A stretch of 64,000 nt of DNA from Octopus vulgaris (Eukaryota), in NCBI GenBank assembly GCA_951406725.2, contig OX597819.1:65038001-65102000 (forward strand), in the 5' to 3' direction. The position numbers were made by a program, and so were the translations under genes. Below the pieces are notes generated by a model. The model had not been told where the DNA came from. It did not search any database and saw only the letters and a program-made list of their open reading frames with translations. This document shows positions 14,371 through 26,892 of the stretch, piece by piece. The first letter of the stretch is position 1; each line of letters opens with the position of its first letter.

Positions 14371-15126
14371 AAAGTGGTACAACGCTTCACAGGGAGGTCA
14401 ACTAACCACTGATGTATCAAGTATATTTGTATGACTCAAGGCAGATATTTCCAACAATCAACTAAGGCGTGCGATAAAATTATTTGTCTTTTCCATTAAT
14501 TTCTCTATTCTAACTAACCGACCAATCAACCAACTAACTAACTAGTCCATTAAGTAACTAACAAACCATCTAACAAATTCGAAGTGATCTCTCTTCTACA
14601 TAAATCTCATATTTAGAATTAATGCTGATCAACTTGATGTACCCAATGAAAAACTTTAGCAATACAGACCTAGTTTCTTTCGTTACCAATTCAAAGTGAT
14701 AGAATTTTTCCATATCATAATTCAGTACTATCTCAATATTGCAGTTCCTAAGTAGGTCTTGCTGGTTAACATATCAAACGCTTGTATTTGTGAAATATCA
14801 TTAAGTTTATTACTTTCATGCGCCATTGATTTATTCTGTTCCAAATAGTGTGGTGAAATGTTTGACTTTTGGAGTCAAATTTCTCAATCTCAATAACATT
14901 TTGTCGATCAGATATTGATCGGCTCTTAAGCATGACTACCAAATCGCAGAATTATGTAATACCAGAGTATACGAAACATACGTAGATGATAACATTTTTT
15001 CTATTCATTTGTACTTTTCTGGGATACTATGTCACCTTACACTGAATCCATTCAGTGTATGAAGTTTAGGTTTCGAAATTGGAACCAGGGAGTGGAATAT
15101 AATGTAATTTACTCTATGGATGGATT

Positions 15127-15446
15127 GAGATGGGGAGACTCCCTTCGGTCATGAATGACCATGGGATTGCATGTATAAAGTTACCCTCCGAGGTATAAGT
15201 CCGGGCAAAGTTGTTTATGGAAGGCCAGCAGTCGCCCATGCATACCAGCCTCCCCTCTCTACACCACTGATGTTATTCACCGGAAAGACAAAAGGCCGAT
15301 ACAGCTTGGCACCTGTGACGTCACAACTGATTTCTACAGCTGAGTAAACTGGAGCAACGGGAAATTAAATGTCTTGCTCAAGAACACAACTCACAACCTC
15401 ACGATCGTAAGCTCGACGCTCTAACCACTGAGCCATACGCCTTCAC
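15127..15446 (-). mobile_element. CORE-like tRNA SINE (family D) with RTE-like 3' stem-loop and 11-bp TSD
   Basis: Minus head tggctcagtggttagagcg; CORE-like cttgagcaagacatttaatttcccgttgctccagttt; TSD atggatggatt at 15116-15126 and 15447-15457. Confidence 0.85.
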
Positions 15447-15614
15447 ATGGATGGATTACTAACATCTTTAGAAGTGCGATTACAGCGCATATTAATTATT
15501 TACTGCTATTTTGCATCACTTTGTTTATGTGTGCATATGTATGTGTGAATGTATGTGCGCGTCTACGTGCGTGTATGTATGTATATATGTGTGTGTATGA
15601 GTGTGTATGTATTC

Positions 15615-15815
15615 TGTTATTCTTTTATTTTTTTGTTCGTTTCAGGCACTGGACTGCGGCCATGCTGGAGCACCGCCTTTAGTCGAACAAATCGACCCCA
15701 GGACTTATTCTTTGTAATCCTAGTACTTATTCTATTGGCACTAAGTTACGCTGTCATAAACACGCCAACATCGGTTGTCAAGTGATGGTGGGTGTACAAA
15801 CACAGACACACAAAC

Positions 15816-15894
<79 letters not shown>

Positions 15895-16042
15895 CGACCA
15901 GCTTCTTTTAGATTCTGTCTACCAAATCAACTCACAAGAATTTGGTCGGTCCGAACTTGCCCAAGATGCCACGCAGTGAGACTGAACCCGGAACTATATG
16001 GTTAGTAAGCAAGCTACTTACCATACAGCCACTCTTGCGCCT
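15615..16042 (-). mobile_element. SINE family A
   Basis: Reverse complement of 11737-12175 including the internal CA/TA microsatellite. Confidence 0.85.
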
Positions 16043-17318
16043 ATGTATGTATGTATTGCAATAATATTTGGACTACCCACATCCTTTTCAATTCTGTGAA
16101 GATTTTGTTTCGCCTAGATATATTTTTGCCACTTTCCTTTGAGATGTTAACCTGTTTATGTGTAAAAAGGACATTCTAATAGATTTATGCATAGCCTCTA
16201 ATATATCATATATTTAGAAAAATGACTGTGAGGTAAGATCTTTGCTTTCTAACGACATGGTTCCTTTCTGAGTCCTCAGCAGGGCACCTACAACAAGTGT
16301 CCTCTACAATAAACCCAGGCTGACACTTGTCGTGTGGTTTGGTAGAGGGAAACTAAAGGAACCTTCTCCTATATATATATGTGTGTGTATCTAGGTACAT
16401 TTTTCTATGTAAGTCCTGAAAAAACCATATGACAAAATTCGTTGACTTATATTTACGCCCCATGAAATGCAGCGGCTTTATAAGGTTTCGACTAAAACCC
16501 TTCAAATTTGTACCCCTGCTTGGCTGCAGTCTAATGACTGAAACGCCTGTGTTTCTCAACCATCTTCCATCTATAGACCACTCTCATTACTATTTTATTC
16601 TGGTAGACCCCCGCCTCCACATCCATTCGTTATTTAAAAATTAGTTCTATAGATGCTTTATTTTTTATCAAGATTCATATTTTGTTTTTCATTCATTAAC
16701 TTGTCTCAGTAGAATTATGTAAAACGTTAGAGGAAGAAACCTAATTGTTCCTTGCAATACATACCAATGCATACATTTAAAACAAAACTTTTCAAGTGCC
16801 TTTGAAACATTATTGTGAATACACAATTTACTATTTTGTTACGTGGATACTCAAACATCCTGTATGAACCCACAGGGACCATATCAACCCCTGAGGAGAA
16901 CTACTGAATTAAGTTATAAAAGACAAAGTACACAGTATATGACATTCAGTATATAATCCTTGCTTCAAACTTGTACAGCCTGGTCATTGAAATTAATTTC
17001 TTGTATGTTTTGTTAGAGATGACAATGAAAATTTAATAATGTACTTATAGATTCTAAAAGAATTATCACCATGAATTTTGAAAAATGTTGTATATGGCGA
17101 TAAATAAAATAGAAATGTATATAAAGCTACAGATACGGAAATACTTTTATTCTCAGACGAAGGATAATGGTAATAATATAGCATATATAACAGGATAAAT
17201 TGTCCCCGCTTTGCAGAAAAAAAACTGTCGGCGGCTAGGTATGAAACTCGAACTCACATCCTTCAAGCGCTTTACCCAACGACAAATTCTTCTGCAAATT
17301 GTGGATATATTATTCTAG

Positions 17319-17464
17319 ATTATTTACATTATTTACATTTGACAGATATTTGTTCTCATCTTGTTTGTTGTTACCACAACGTTTCGGCTGATGTACGCTC
17401 CAGATTTCATTAGGTGTTTTGGAGAAATTTCTCATTCCTAAGATATTTTTCGATGTTGTTTTTG

Positions 17465-17542
<78 letters not shown>

Positions 17543-17655
17543 TCACTGTTTGTAATCGAACTCGGAATCTTGGTGTTAGTAGCCCGCGCTCTTAACCACG
17601 ACGCCATATGTCCGTGGGACAAACAAGATGAGGACAAATATCTGTCAAATGTAAA
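17319..17655 (-). mobile_element. tRNA-head/hammerhead PLE family copy with inverted end; possible TCTAG TSD
   Basis: Same layout as 4098-4545; hammerhead core decayed (CUAAUGA); tctag at 17314-17318 and 17656-17660. Confidence 0.8.
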
Positions 17656-17848
17656 TCTAGCTTTATAAGACGCTATCGTACGTTAAATTAAACTTACATT
17701 GAAAGTCAAATAAAATTTGCTTTAGAGGCGTTGAGATGGATTGAAAAAATACAGATAAGAAAATAATTTTATTCTCAAACGCAGGATAATGCTAATAATA
17801 TAGCATGAACAGGATAAATTATCTATATTTTTCAGAAAAATCTGTCAG

Positions 17849-17919
17849 CGGTCAACCATGAGATTCGAACTCAACTCTAATATTACGCGTCAAGTGCTTT
17901 ACCATAAAGCTAAACTGCC
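17849..17919 (-). pseudogene. tRNA-derived remnant (Thr-CGT-like pseudogene or SINE head)
   Basis: ggcagtttagctttatggtaaagcacttgacgCGTaatattagagttgagttcgaatctc: A and B boxes visible, cloverleaf broken. Confidence 0.45.
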
Positions 17920-18199
17920 TGAACGACAAATTCTTCTGTTAATGACATTACCTGCAGTCAAGTATATAGAGATATAAATCTTATTTGTCGTGTTCATTAT
18001 CTGCATTTTGACAATTTTTGACTGAATGTGGACATTTTGTGTGATACACCATTATTTTGACTTCTGAAAATGAATGCGATTATTTTCCGACGGCTTACAA
18101 TGCATCAGCATATAACGATACCCGTATCAAATGTCGGTTGGAAGACTCGTTGATTAGTTGGTTGGCGAGTTGATTTCTCCTGCTGGGTATGATTTCTTA

Positions 18200-18364
18200 C
18201 AGGCGCTGGTGTGGCTGTATAGTAAGAAGCTTGCTACGCAACCACATGGTCCCGGGTTCAGCCCCACTGCGTAGCACCTTGAGCAAGCGACTTCTATTAT
18301 AGCCTCGGCCGACCAAAGTCTTTTGAATGGATTTGATAGACGGAAACTGAAAGATGCCCGTCGC

Positions 18365-18415
<51 letters not shown>

Positions 18416-18620
18416 CGCGTGTGCCGTTGTGTCTGTGGTTTTCCCCTCCCCATCATCGCTTGACAACCGATGTTCGTGTGTTTATTTCTCCAAAACCTAG
18501 CGGTTCGGCCTAAGAGACCGATAGAATAATAAGCTTACAAAGAATAAAACCAGGAGTCGATTTCTTCAACTGAAGACGGTGCACCAGCATCTCTGCATTT
18601 AAATGAATGAACGAAATAAA
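18200..18620 (+). mobile_element. SINE family A
   Basis: Colinear with 11737-12175. Confidence 0.85.
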
Positions 18621-21600
18621 GTAAAATCGTAGAAGAGAGAGAGAGAGAAATTAGAGACAGAGAAAGTGTTAGCGTAAGATGTGCAGGATGAGTACTCTTA
18701 TTACATTAATAGCAAGCTATGAATAAAGTTCCGCTATCCGCACATAGAAATAGAACCATCATATAGGTTATTGAGGGGCCGATGTAAATGACTGTGTATT
18801 TAAGGTAGTTTCAGATATTGGATAGCTAAGTTTTTGATGACGGAGTGTGCAATCATGCTAGAAAAATTTAGAAAATAATGACATTTATTGCAAATATTCA
18901 ATTAAAAAAAAAAAAACATAAATATATTTTCAAATTATAACTATTTTGGCTTGAAGAGGAGAAATAATGATTATATATATATACTATATTTTCTCATGTT
19001 ACTTCCGGTGTCTCTAAAACTTACTACTAGAATGTTACACGTGGTACGAGAGGTAATATTCTAGTAAGAATAATATGAGCTAATTGATTATATGGTATCC
19101 ACAATACTACCTTGTTTATTTAGAATATAATTAGTATTGCGATTCCGAATTCAGAATTCGGAGCTATTTGATAAACTCTAACATATAACAAGGCCAGAAC
19201 CACTGTACCTCCCCAGATTCTAATATCTTTCACACAATGCAGACAGATAAATACTTTTATTATTGTTTATTGGCATTAATAGAATCACGATTATTTGTCA
19301 ATATCAGCGATTATATAACTAGCTGCCATCTAACTATTTCTTATCTTTCCGTTTGTTATAGAATTTCCTATAACTAGTTACTATTTCATTCGTAACAACG
19401 TTATGTAACAACGAAAAGTGGATTTTGTCTCGATTTGTTCATTGTATTGACATTAAGAATTATTTTACTAATCGGACTTTACTGACAGTTCACTCGGGAT
19501 TGGTTTATTGTATTAGCATTGGCAATTTTCTAACAATTAATTTCCTGGAACTTTATTTTATTGATCCCGAAAGAACAAAATGCAATATCGTCCTCAGCAT
19601 GGTCCAACATCAGAAAGTAGAAAGCTGGAAGTAACATCGTAATAAATTTTCTCAGTCACTCTAAGGATCCTGCTGTTCTGAGTTGTCTCCAATTTATAAT
19701 GAAAGGTGAAATGCCACAGTTGACACTCGAAGGAATTTTAATACATCCATCTAAATTATCAACGCATAGGCAATTGGGATGATCTCCAAATTCTAACGTA
19801 GATGTAAATCTTTGCTTTTAAGGAAATGTATCAGTTGATGAAATATGCAAGTGAAAAGATCTAATGATTAATTGGTAAATATTTTGTTAACCTCAGAAAT
19901 TAATAATCCATACCAGCACAATGTGAACAAAAGGACATTTTCTACCACAGCGAAGAACTAACTTAGCACGCCCTGTGACATCGTGAAGTAGAACACATTT
20001 TCCCTATAGTCACTCAATAAATTCACCTGATATTTCTGGTATAGGAACAATTCCAGATATACATTAGTTCCAACTTTTGGCACAATGCTCGTAATTTCGG
20101 GCGTAGGAAAGTCGATAACGCCGACCCCGGTCTTCAAATGATACTTATTGACACCGAAAGAAAATGAAAGCCAAATCTGACCAAAGCAGAAGTTGAATAC
20201 AGAACATAAAAAGCGGACGAAATGACTCTAAGTGGAGTAAAGATCCAATTAGTGTCTCACATTGCTATCAGATATATACTGAAATTGATTGCTTTAATCG
20301 ATTATAACAAATTCAGAATTTGGATGGATTTATTTTATCATTTTTAGTCTTTTTCGTTTTATCGTTCGTTTTCGCTTTTTTGATGCCCCTGAGTAATATG
20401 ACTGTTGTATTTGAGATGTACATCACTTTGAATTCAGAACGTCTACGTCTTGCTAATGCAATATTTAACAGAAAAATAATTAAACAAGAGAATGAATAAA
20501 TACATAAATGGTTATCTAGGAAAAACATGTAAATAAATAGGTACATAAATAAATAAATAAATGTATAAATTGAGAAAGCTCACTGCGACAGCCTGAAAAA
20601 CCATTAGACATCAAACATCAAAAACGGAAAGAATAGAAACACAAGTCATAAAATCCCCAACAGGACTGACATCAACCCGCAGGGCTGATACAAGTCAGGC
20701 GGAACAAAAGAAAACAAATACACGTGCTGAGTATTACAATGTTAAAATGAAATCTGGTGAAGAAATACACCCTCATTTAACCTAGGCTTGCCTGCTTGGC
20801 TACGTTTATCGCGTTAAATGTAGGCTACTCTCTTCCCATCTCAGCCTTTTCATTCAGACTTGTATCGTATTATTTATGTTCAGTTAAGTCGTGTAAAACT
20901 GTCATCGTCGTCTGATTGCTTCTGAAAATAATGTCGCAAAGTAATTTTGCTTTCATATCTCATTTAAGATTTTAATTTATTTTTTCCTTTGTATTTATAT
21001 TTTTTCTGTTTCATTCTCACTAGCTTCTTCCGTCTTCAGCAGATGTCTATATCGTAGAAGATAAGTAGAGAAAATGAAACACATATTAGGGTGTGATGGT
21101 AAAGTTTGAACCCTATCGCATAATTCGATTACCTAAAATCGCATACATACACGTGTCCATGCACATATAATGGCATCTGTCCAAGTGTTCGCGTCTGTCT
21201 AGTTGCTCATATGAGTGTCTAATGAATTACACATTCAGTACATATCTTATAGTATTACTTAGTAAGAGAACGATATCTTAGATAATAGAATGTTACCCAC
21301 GCTTCTTTAATGTTCAAATGTTCTTCTGTACTAACTAGCAGGCTATCTAGTAACACGAACTTTATATGTTTATGTCATCATATAGTTTTTTATTATATAA
21401 CTTTTACTGTAAATTATTAATAAATGAATAATAATTCCCTCCACCTCTGCAACACAATGAGAGCCAATAATTTATATATCAGTTTGTTTATTGTGTTTTT
21501 GTTGGCATATTAGATTCCCATTATCAATAATATTAGTCTGTTGCAGTCTGTATAAGAATCTGAGACAAAATCCATCACTATAACCACGCTAATATTTGTA

Positions 21601-22199
21601 AGAAGACTAACTGAAAAATTATGAAAGGAAATTCGAAAATTATTTTCTTACAGAAGACTTATAATGTGTCGTTTGTGTATTTCGTTTCCTCAACCAGATT
21701 TTCCAGTGCATATCGCTGATGAGGTATCGAAGACGACGAAAAAATTGTGACAAACTTAAATAATTGATACTGTCGCCAAACTGTTAATCAAAGAGTCCTT
21801 TAACTATTTGGTTGAACGGTAAGCTCCCTTCATTTGCTGGTTTTGTTTCCAAATATTCTCACGAGACTTTGTCGTGACTTCTCGTGTTTATTCCTGTTTT
21901 AATCGAAAAAAGAGACGTACAACCGAATTTTCTATATCATAGGCTTTAAGAAATGTTGACATATGTTCTTAAAAGGAAACCTTTGGTAGCCTCAATACAC
22001 TAATCTTTATCCACCAATGCGGTATTTCACAATCATTCTCATTTTTCGTTATTTAAGCGTATATATATATACCGGAGTCATTCTTGTTGCTTATTTTGAT
22101 TATAATCACCCCACGGATTTTTATGGATAACACCATACAGAATTCTGGTGCATCTAAATTAAGTACCATATCCATTTGAATCTAAATTTTTGCCGAACT

Positions 22200-22275
<76 letters not shown>

Positions 22276-22279
<4 letters not shown>

Positions 22280-22748
22280 GTGCGATTTCACAATAACAGG
22301 GCTCTTACCGATGAATTCTCCCTGAGTAATTGTGCTAGAAATACCAGCGATAATAATTAATTTTATTTTATCGCATTTTGACTTTGTTTACATATTTCTC
22401 GATAAATTTTGAGCGTTAGACAATATACCAGAAATCCCTAGTTTGTCGGGTACGTTCTGCGTCTGCGCAGTGATCTGATTAGTTAGAGAGAGCAAATTAT
22501 TAGACGCACATGTTTCTAGTGAGGTGCGATTTCACAATAACAGGGCTCTTACCGATGAATTCTCCCTGAGTAATTAAATTATTTTTATTACTGAAAAGAA
22601 CGAAACTGCAGTCTAAGAGGAACCGAGTTAGTAAACGTTTATGTCTTCATTTCACAAAATTTATCAAGCTTCTGTGTTTCTAGTACATACTTTGCCTTTT
22701 AATGTAATTATATATGAATAATATAAGGCTTGTGCTAGAAATACCAGC

Positions 22749-22749
<1 letters not shown>
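22276..22749 (+). mobile_element. PLE-type partial-tandem repeat in (TA)n with long-stem-II hammerhead-like fold
   Basis: About 56-bp direct repeat at 22276-22331 and 22520-22575; terminus tgtgctagaaataccagcg at 22331-22349 and 22731-22749. Confidence 0.7.
22546..22619 (+). ncRNA. Hammerhead-like motif, variant core CCGAUGA
   Basis: CUCUUA-CCGAUGA-[AUUCU..AGUAAU/AUUACU..AGAAC]-GAAA-CUGCAG-UC-UAAGAG: 6-bp stem I, palindromic stem III, GUC cleavage triplet. Confidence 0.6.
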
Positions 22750-22789
<40 letters not shown>

Positions 22790-23239
22790 CTCAAATAATC
22801 AGAAAATAAAGATAATCTCAAATTAACAAACACATCGATTGGACCACATTTATAGCTTATGTTTCTTAATACAAAGCATGACATAACAAATAGGTGACTT
22901 GGCAAATCTTACGGCCATCCATTTCCGCATCCATTGCCAAACGCTGTCTATAAATAATTGCGAAAATGAAATTCTTCATCTTCATACGACATTCGAAATA
23001 AGGTACAGGGCTTCATCAGAGTAAAAAAGAAGAGCATCCAATGAAGATGGAATAGGAAAGGAAACATGGCCTAGAAAAGAAGTCAAGAAGCCCAACATAT
23101 TAAAAGCATATAATCTACCATCCTGGCGTTTCGAGGTTCGTAGGTAAAAGAGTGAGCTTCAAATGTATATATATTTTAATATATGTATATGTATACACAC
23201 ACACACACACATATATATATGTTGATTCGCTAGCTTCTG

Positions 23240-23425
23240 CACGCATTTTTTTCTCTCCTTGTTTCTTTCCGTGTTTCTTTTCTGTGTATCTTTCTGTTGA
23301 AGAGCGTAGGCTCGAAACGTAAAAGACTTGTTTTATTTATATTCCTGAGCGCCATACTAATACAATTGTTTGTTTGTATTCCACCTGCCTTCGTCTTTTG
23401 TTTATTTTCATAAATCTTCCTGTTA
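23240..23425 (+). mobile_element. PLE-type terminal-repeat fragment with hammerhead-like motif (core CUGUUGA)
   Basis: 23289-23326: UCUUU-CUGUUGA-A-GAGC-GUAG-GCUC-GAAACGUA-AAAGA. Related fragments near 6986-7080, 8300-8440 and (reverse) 45625-45705. Confidence 0.6.
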
Positions 23426-23427
23426 TA

Positions 23428-23442
23428 TAGATAGATAGATAA

Positions 23443-23474
<32 letters not shown>

Positions 23475-23475
23475 C

Positions 23476-23543
<68 letters not shown>

Positions 23544-23552
23544 GAGATAGAT
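23428..23552. repeat. (GATA)n microsatellite
   Basis: Read directly; similar tracts at 45722-45862 and 55900-55988. Confidence 0.95.
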
Positions 23553-23555
23553 AAT

Positions 23556-23902
23556 TTAGATAAAACTTACATATGTTTCGACCAAAGAGTGGTTCAGGCC
23601 ATGTCTAACTTAATAGCACCACCAGAGCGGATTATCTAAATCCTTTTAAAGTCAAGTTTCGTGTTATCATGGTCCTTTCAAGTAGGGAGTTCTTGCTGAG
23701 TGAGTTGTATCCAAGTATGGATGGCTTATCTGGTATTCCTTGAAGAAATTTGTCCAGACTTCGATTGAAGGTGATTGGATCCTTTTCTTTTTGATCTGTT
23801 TCGTAAGAATGTTAAACACGACCGGGCCTGTTGAGGAAAAGATATTGTGTCGCAGTGTACCTATATGTTGTGATTCTGAATTGGGCAGGGGACGTATGGC
23901 CC

Positions 23903-23903
<1 letters not shown>
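23556..23903 (-). mobile_element. CR1-group LINE 3' end, same family as 9993-10636
   Basis: RAIRPLPNSESQHIGTLRHNIFSSTGP.. then a frameshift; shared 3' UTR (gtttcgaccaaaga..caggccatgtctaacttaatagcaccacc). Confidence 0.85.
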
Positions 23904-23956
<53 letters not shown>

Positions 23957-24004
23957 TTGTGTGTGTGTGTGTGCGCGCGTGTGTGTATGTGTGTGTGTGT
24001 GCAT

Positions 24005-24341
24005 GCATATATGGGTACAGGATATAAAAAATACGTTGAACAAAATGAGAAAGTAAAGCATAAAAACGGTCGCGGCCTTCGGACTAAAACATTTTTAAGG
24101 ATTTAAGGATAGAAACGAACTTTTTCGGACAACGAAAAGGAACAAACAAACAGAGAAACGAGACATACAACATAAAGAATATTCCCCTTCTTCAGTTGTC
24201 CGGGAATATTATTTGTTGTATGTCCCGTTTTTCTGTTTGTTTTATTTCGTTCGAAAAAAAGTTCGTTTCTATCTTTATGTCTTTATGTTTCCGTTTCTCA
24301 TTGTTTTCAACGTTTTTTCTATGTCCTGTACCCATATATGC
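24005..24341. repeat. Fold-back element (imperfect inverted arms, about 15-nt spacer), probably PLE-derived
   Basis: catatatgggtacagga.. at left mirrors ..tcctgtacccatatatg at right; spacer holds CUGAAGA on the minus strand. Confidence 0.8.
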
Positions 24342-24474
24342 CTGTATATATACATATTTAAGTAGGTATGTACATAAATGTATGTAAATATATCTATATC
24401 TATATATCATTTATATTATTATATGATCGAACGCCACGCACCCTTTTCCAAGAGTATATATATACATATATATA

Positions 24475-24510
<36 letters not shown>

Positions 24511-26164
24511 TGCATGTGTGTGTATGCGTGTGATTGCTCGCATATGTGTGGCTGGAATCTTCTGCAACACTTGTCTTGATGTGTTGCTGCGTGGTAAAAT
24601 AATGTCGTGTAGTATGAAAACCAAATCCCCCAGCTGGCATCATTACGGAAATAACAAGTCTGAGCGATTCCATACTAACCATATCACTAATATTCACATC
24701 AACAATCATCAATAATGCTTCTGAATTAGTATCTTAATCTCCAGCATCTGTTGCACTTTTTCAGAGAAACATATATATTTGTGAAAGATGAGCTATTTTC
24801 ATATAGGTTACTTGATCACTTCTGATGTGAAGATAGGGTCTGCATTAAAATGGAGATGTAAAAGAAGACACAGAAATTCACATGTATATATGAGAAAACT
24901 TTAGGCTGTAAAATCGACGGAAAATAACAGCAACATTGACTCATGTTAGAAGCCATATTGTATCGAACATATTTTCCAGATGTAGCTGCTAAACTTCCTT
25001 AAACTCAGTCTAAAATCTTAATTAACATAGCTTGTCTTAGAGAGTGAAGACGTCTTTATAGAACAAAAAAAGTTTATTTGTTTTGGCAAGGGGAGAAAAC
25101 TTCTCATTTTGGATCATTTCACTCAAATTTGATACAGTTTTACTACATCAACGAGGAAACCAGGAATAAAATAAGGTTTTGCAAATAATTTGGATGCTCG
25201 TGTTTTATTGGTCATTGATATGATTGTGGTTTCGATCACTAACCCGGGTGATACGTTGTCTTCCCGAGAAAAACATTTAATTTCACGTCGCTCTAATTCA
25301 CTCAGTAGGCAAAAATAAATAAACCTGCGGCAGTTGGTCGTTCCGTTCACGGAATTGTGTGCCTATCTTCCAGGAACATTTGATCCCTGCATTCGGCATA
25401 AAGAATCAAGTACATATAGAGAACATCAAAACGATGCAGTTTTGTATATTTTCTATGCATCTATGGAAATGTACACTGCATACAAGCTGAAATTCTTGTG
25501 ATAAAATTTCTGTTACTCGACTTTAAGACGAAAGAGAGAGAAAGGAAAAAACTCTTCGAAATTAACAGCGAAGAAAAGACTTGCTTCTGGTGAATGCCAA
25601 GAATAACGGCTTCCGTTGATGTTTTAAAGAGGTGCTCAACACTGAAATTCGGTAATTATGCAAGAGGTAGAAGATAAGGCATTCTGTAGCATACTGAATC
25701 TATTGTAGCTCAAAATTAAAATACTGCGTCAAATTTCAAGCTAAATTGTTTTCTAAATATCAACTTAAAGATATTAAAATAAATTCCCTGTCTTCTTTTT
25801 CAATATTATTTAAAAATAAGCAGATAGTGAATTTGAAAAAAAAAACAACTTTGGGGACAAAACGGATAACTATCAAAACATTTGATGGTGTACGCAATCT
25901 GAAAACTCAGAGCAATTGTTCGGATTAGTTCAGACCACTTAGAAGTTGGGAATTATCTTTTAATTAGTCATTAGTCAGAAAGTGACAGACACGAACATCT
26001 GCGATTATCAGAACACTATCTAAAAGTACATGGGTTTTAGATAAGAAGAAAAAGAAAATAGTAGCTCTCTACGTGATTGCATAAGTGTGTATTTCAATGA
26101 AATAGATATGTATATAACATATGCACGTGTGCACGTATATATGTATGTTGTCTGTATGCATGTG

Positions 26165-26202
<38 letters not shown>

Positions 26203-26272
26203 AATATACGTTTATATTCACACAGATATCTATATGTGTGTAGATATTTATGTCTGTATATTTGTGTACATA

Positions 26273-26314
<42 letters not shown>

Positions 26315-26318
<4 letters not shown>

Positions 26319-26892
26319 CCGCTGGTTTGGCTGTGTAGTAAGAAGATTGCTTCTCAGTCCCATGGTTGGGTGTTCAGTCCCACTGCTCGACACTCTGGCC
26401 AAATGTCTTCTACTATAGTCTCGGGCCGAACAAAAAAAAGGCTTGTGAGTCGATTTGGTAGATAGGATGTTTTTAATATACCTATGTAATATATGAAAAA
26501 AAAAGACATCTAACACCAGCATCTTCTATTCTTTTACTTTTTATAGACATTTGACTGCAGCCATACACGTGCACCGCCTTAAAGGGTGTAGTAGTCGGAG
26601 AAAATCGACCACAGCACTTATTCTATCGGAGTCTTCGGCCTTACCGCTAAGTTACGGTGATATAAATATACCAGCATCAGTTCTCACGCAATGACGGGGA
26701 ACACACACACATGCACACATGCATATACATTATTTTTCTTCCAGTTCCTATCCACCAAATTCACTCACAGGGCTTTGGTCGGTCCGAGACTACAGTAGAT
26801 GGCATTTGGTCAGATTGCAACGCTGTGGGACTGAACCTCCAACAATGTGGTTGGGAAGCAATCTTATTACCACACAGCCATACCAGCACCTA
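26315..26892. mobile_element. Two SINE family A copies in opposite orientation (26315-26470 plus, partial; 26530-26892 minus)
   Basis: Both align to 11737-12175. Confidence 0.75.

Larger units (their letters stand above)
17128..17940. repeat. Diverged direct duplication (about 17128-17295 and 17750-17938) containing a tRNA-like remnant
   Basis: Shared blocks tacagata..ttttattctca..ggataatg.taataatatagcat..acaggataaatt..cgaactca..aacgacaaattcttctg. Confidence 0.75.

Noticed and set aside
21716-21745. CTGATGA followed by GAA
   Set aside because: No convincing stems II, III or I; likely chance.
22276-22575. Direct repeats as a CRISPR array (also 43488-43535)
   Set aside because: Eukaryotic context, only two long copies or spacerless tandem units, no cas genes.
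22850-23030. CTGATGAAGCCC on the minus strand with a distant GAAAC
   Set aside because: Could not close stem II or stem I; at most a decayed PLE repeat.
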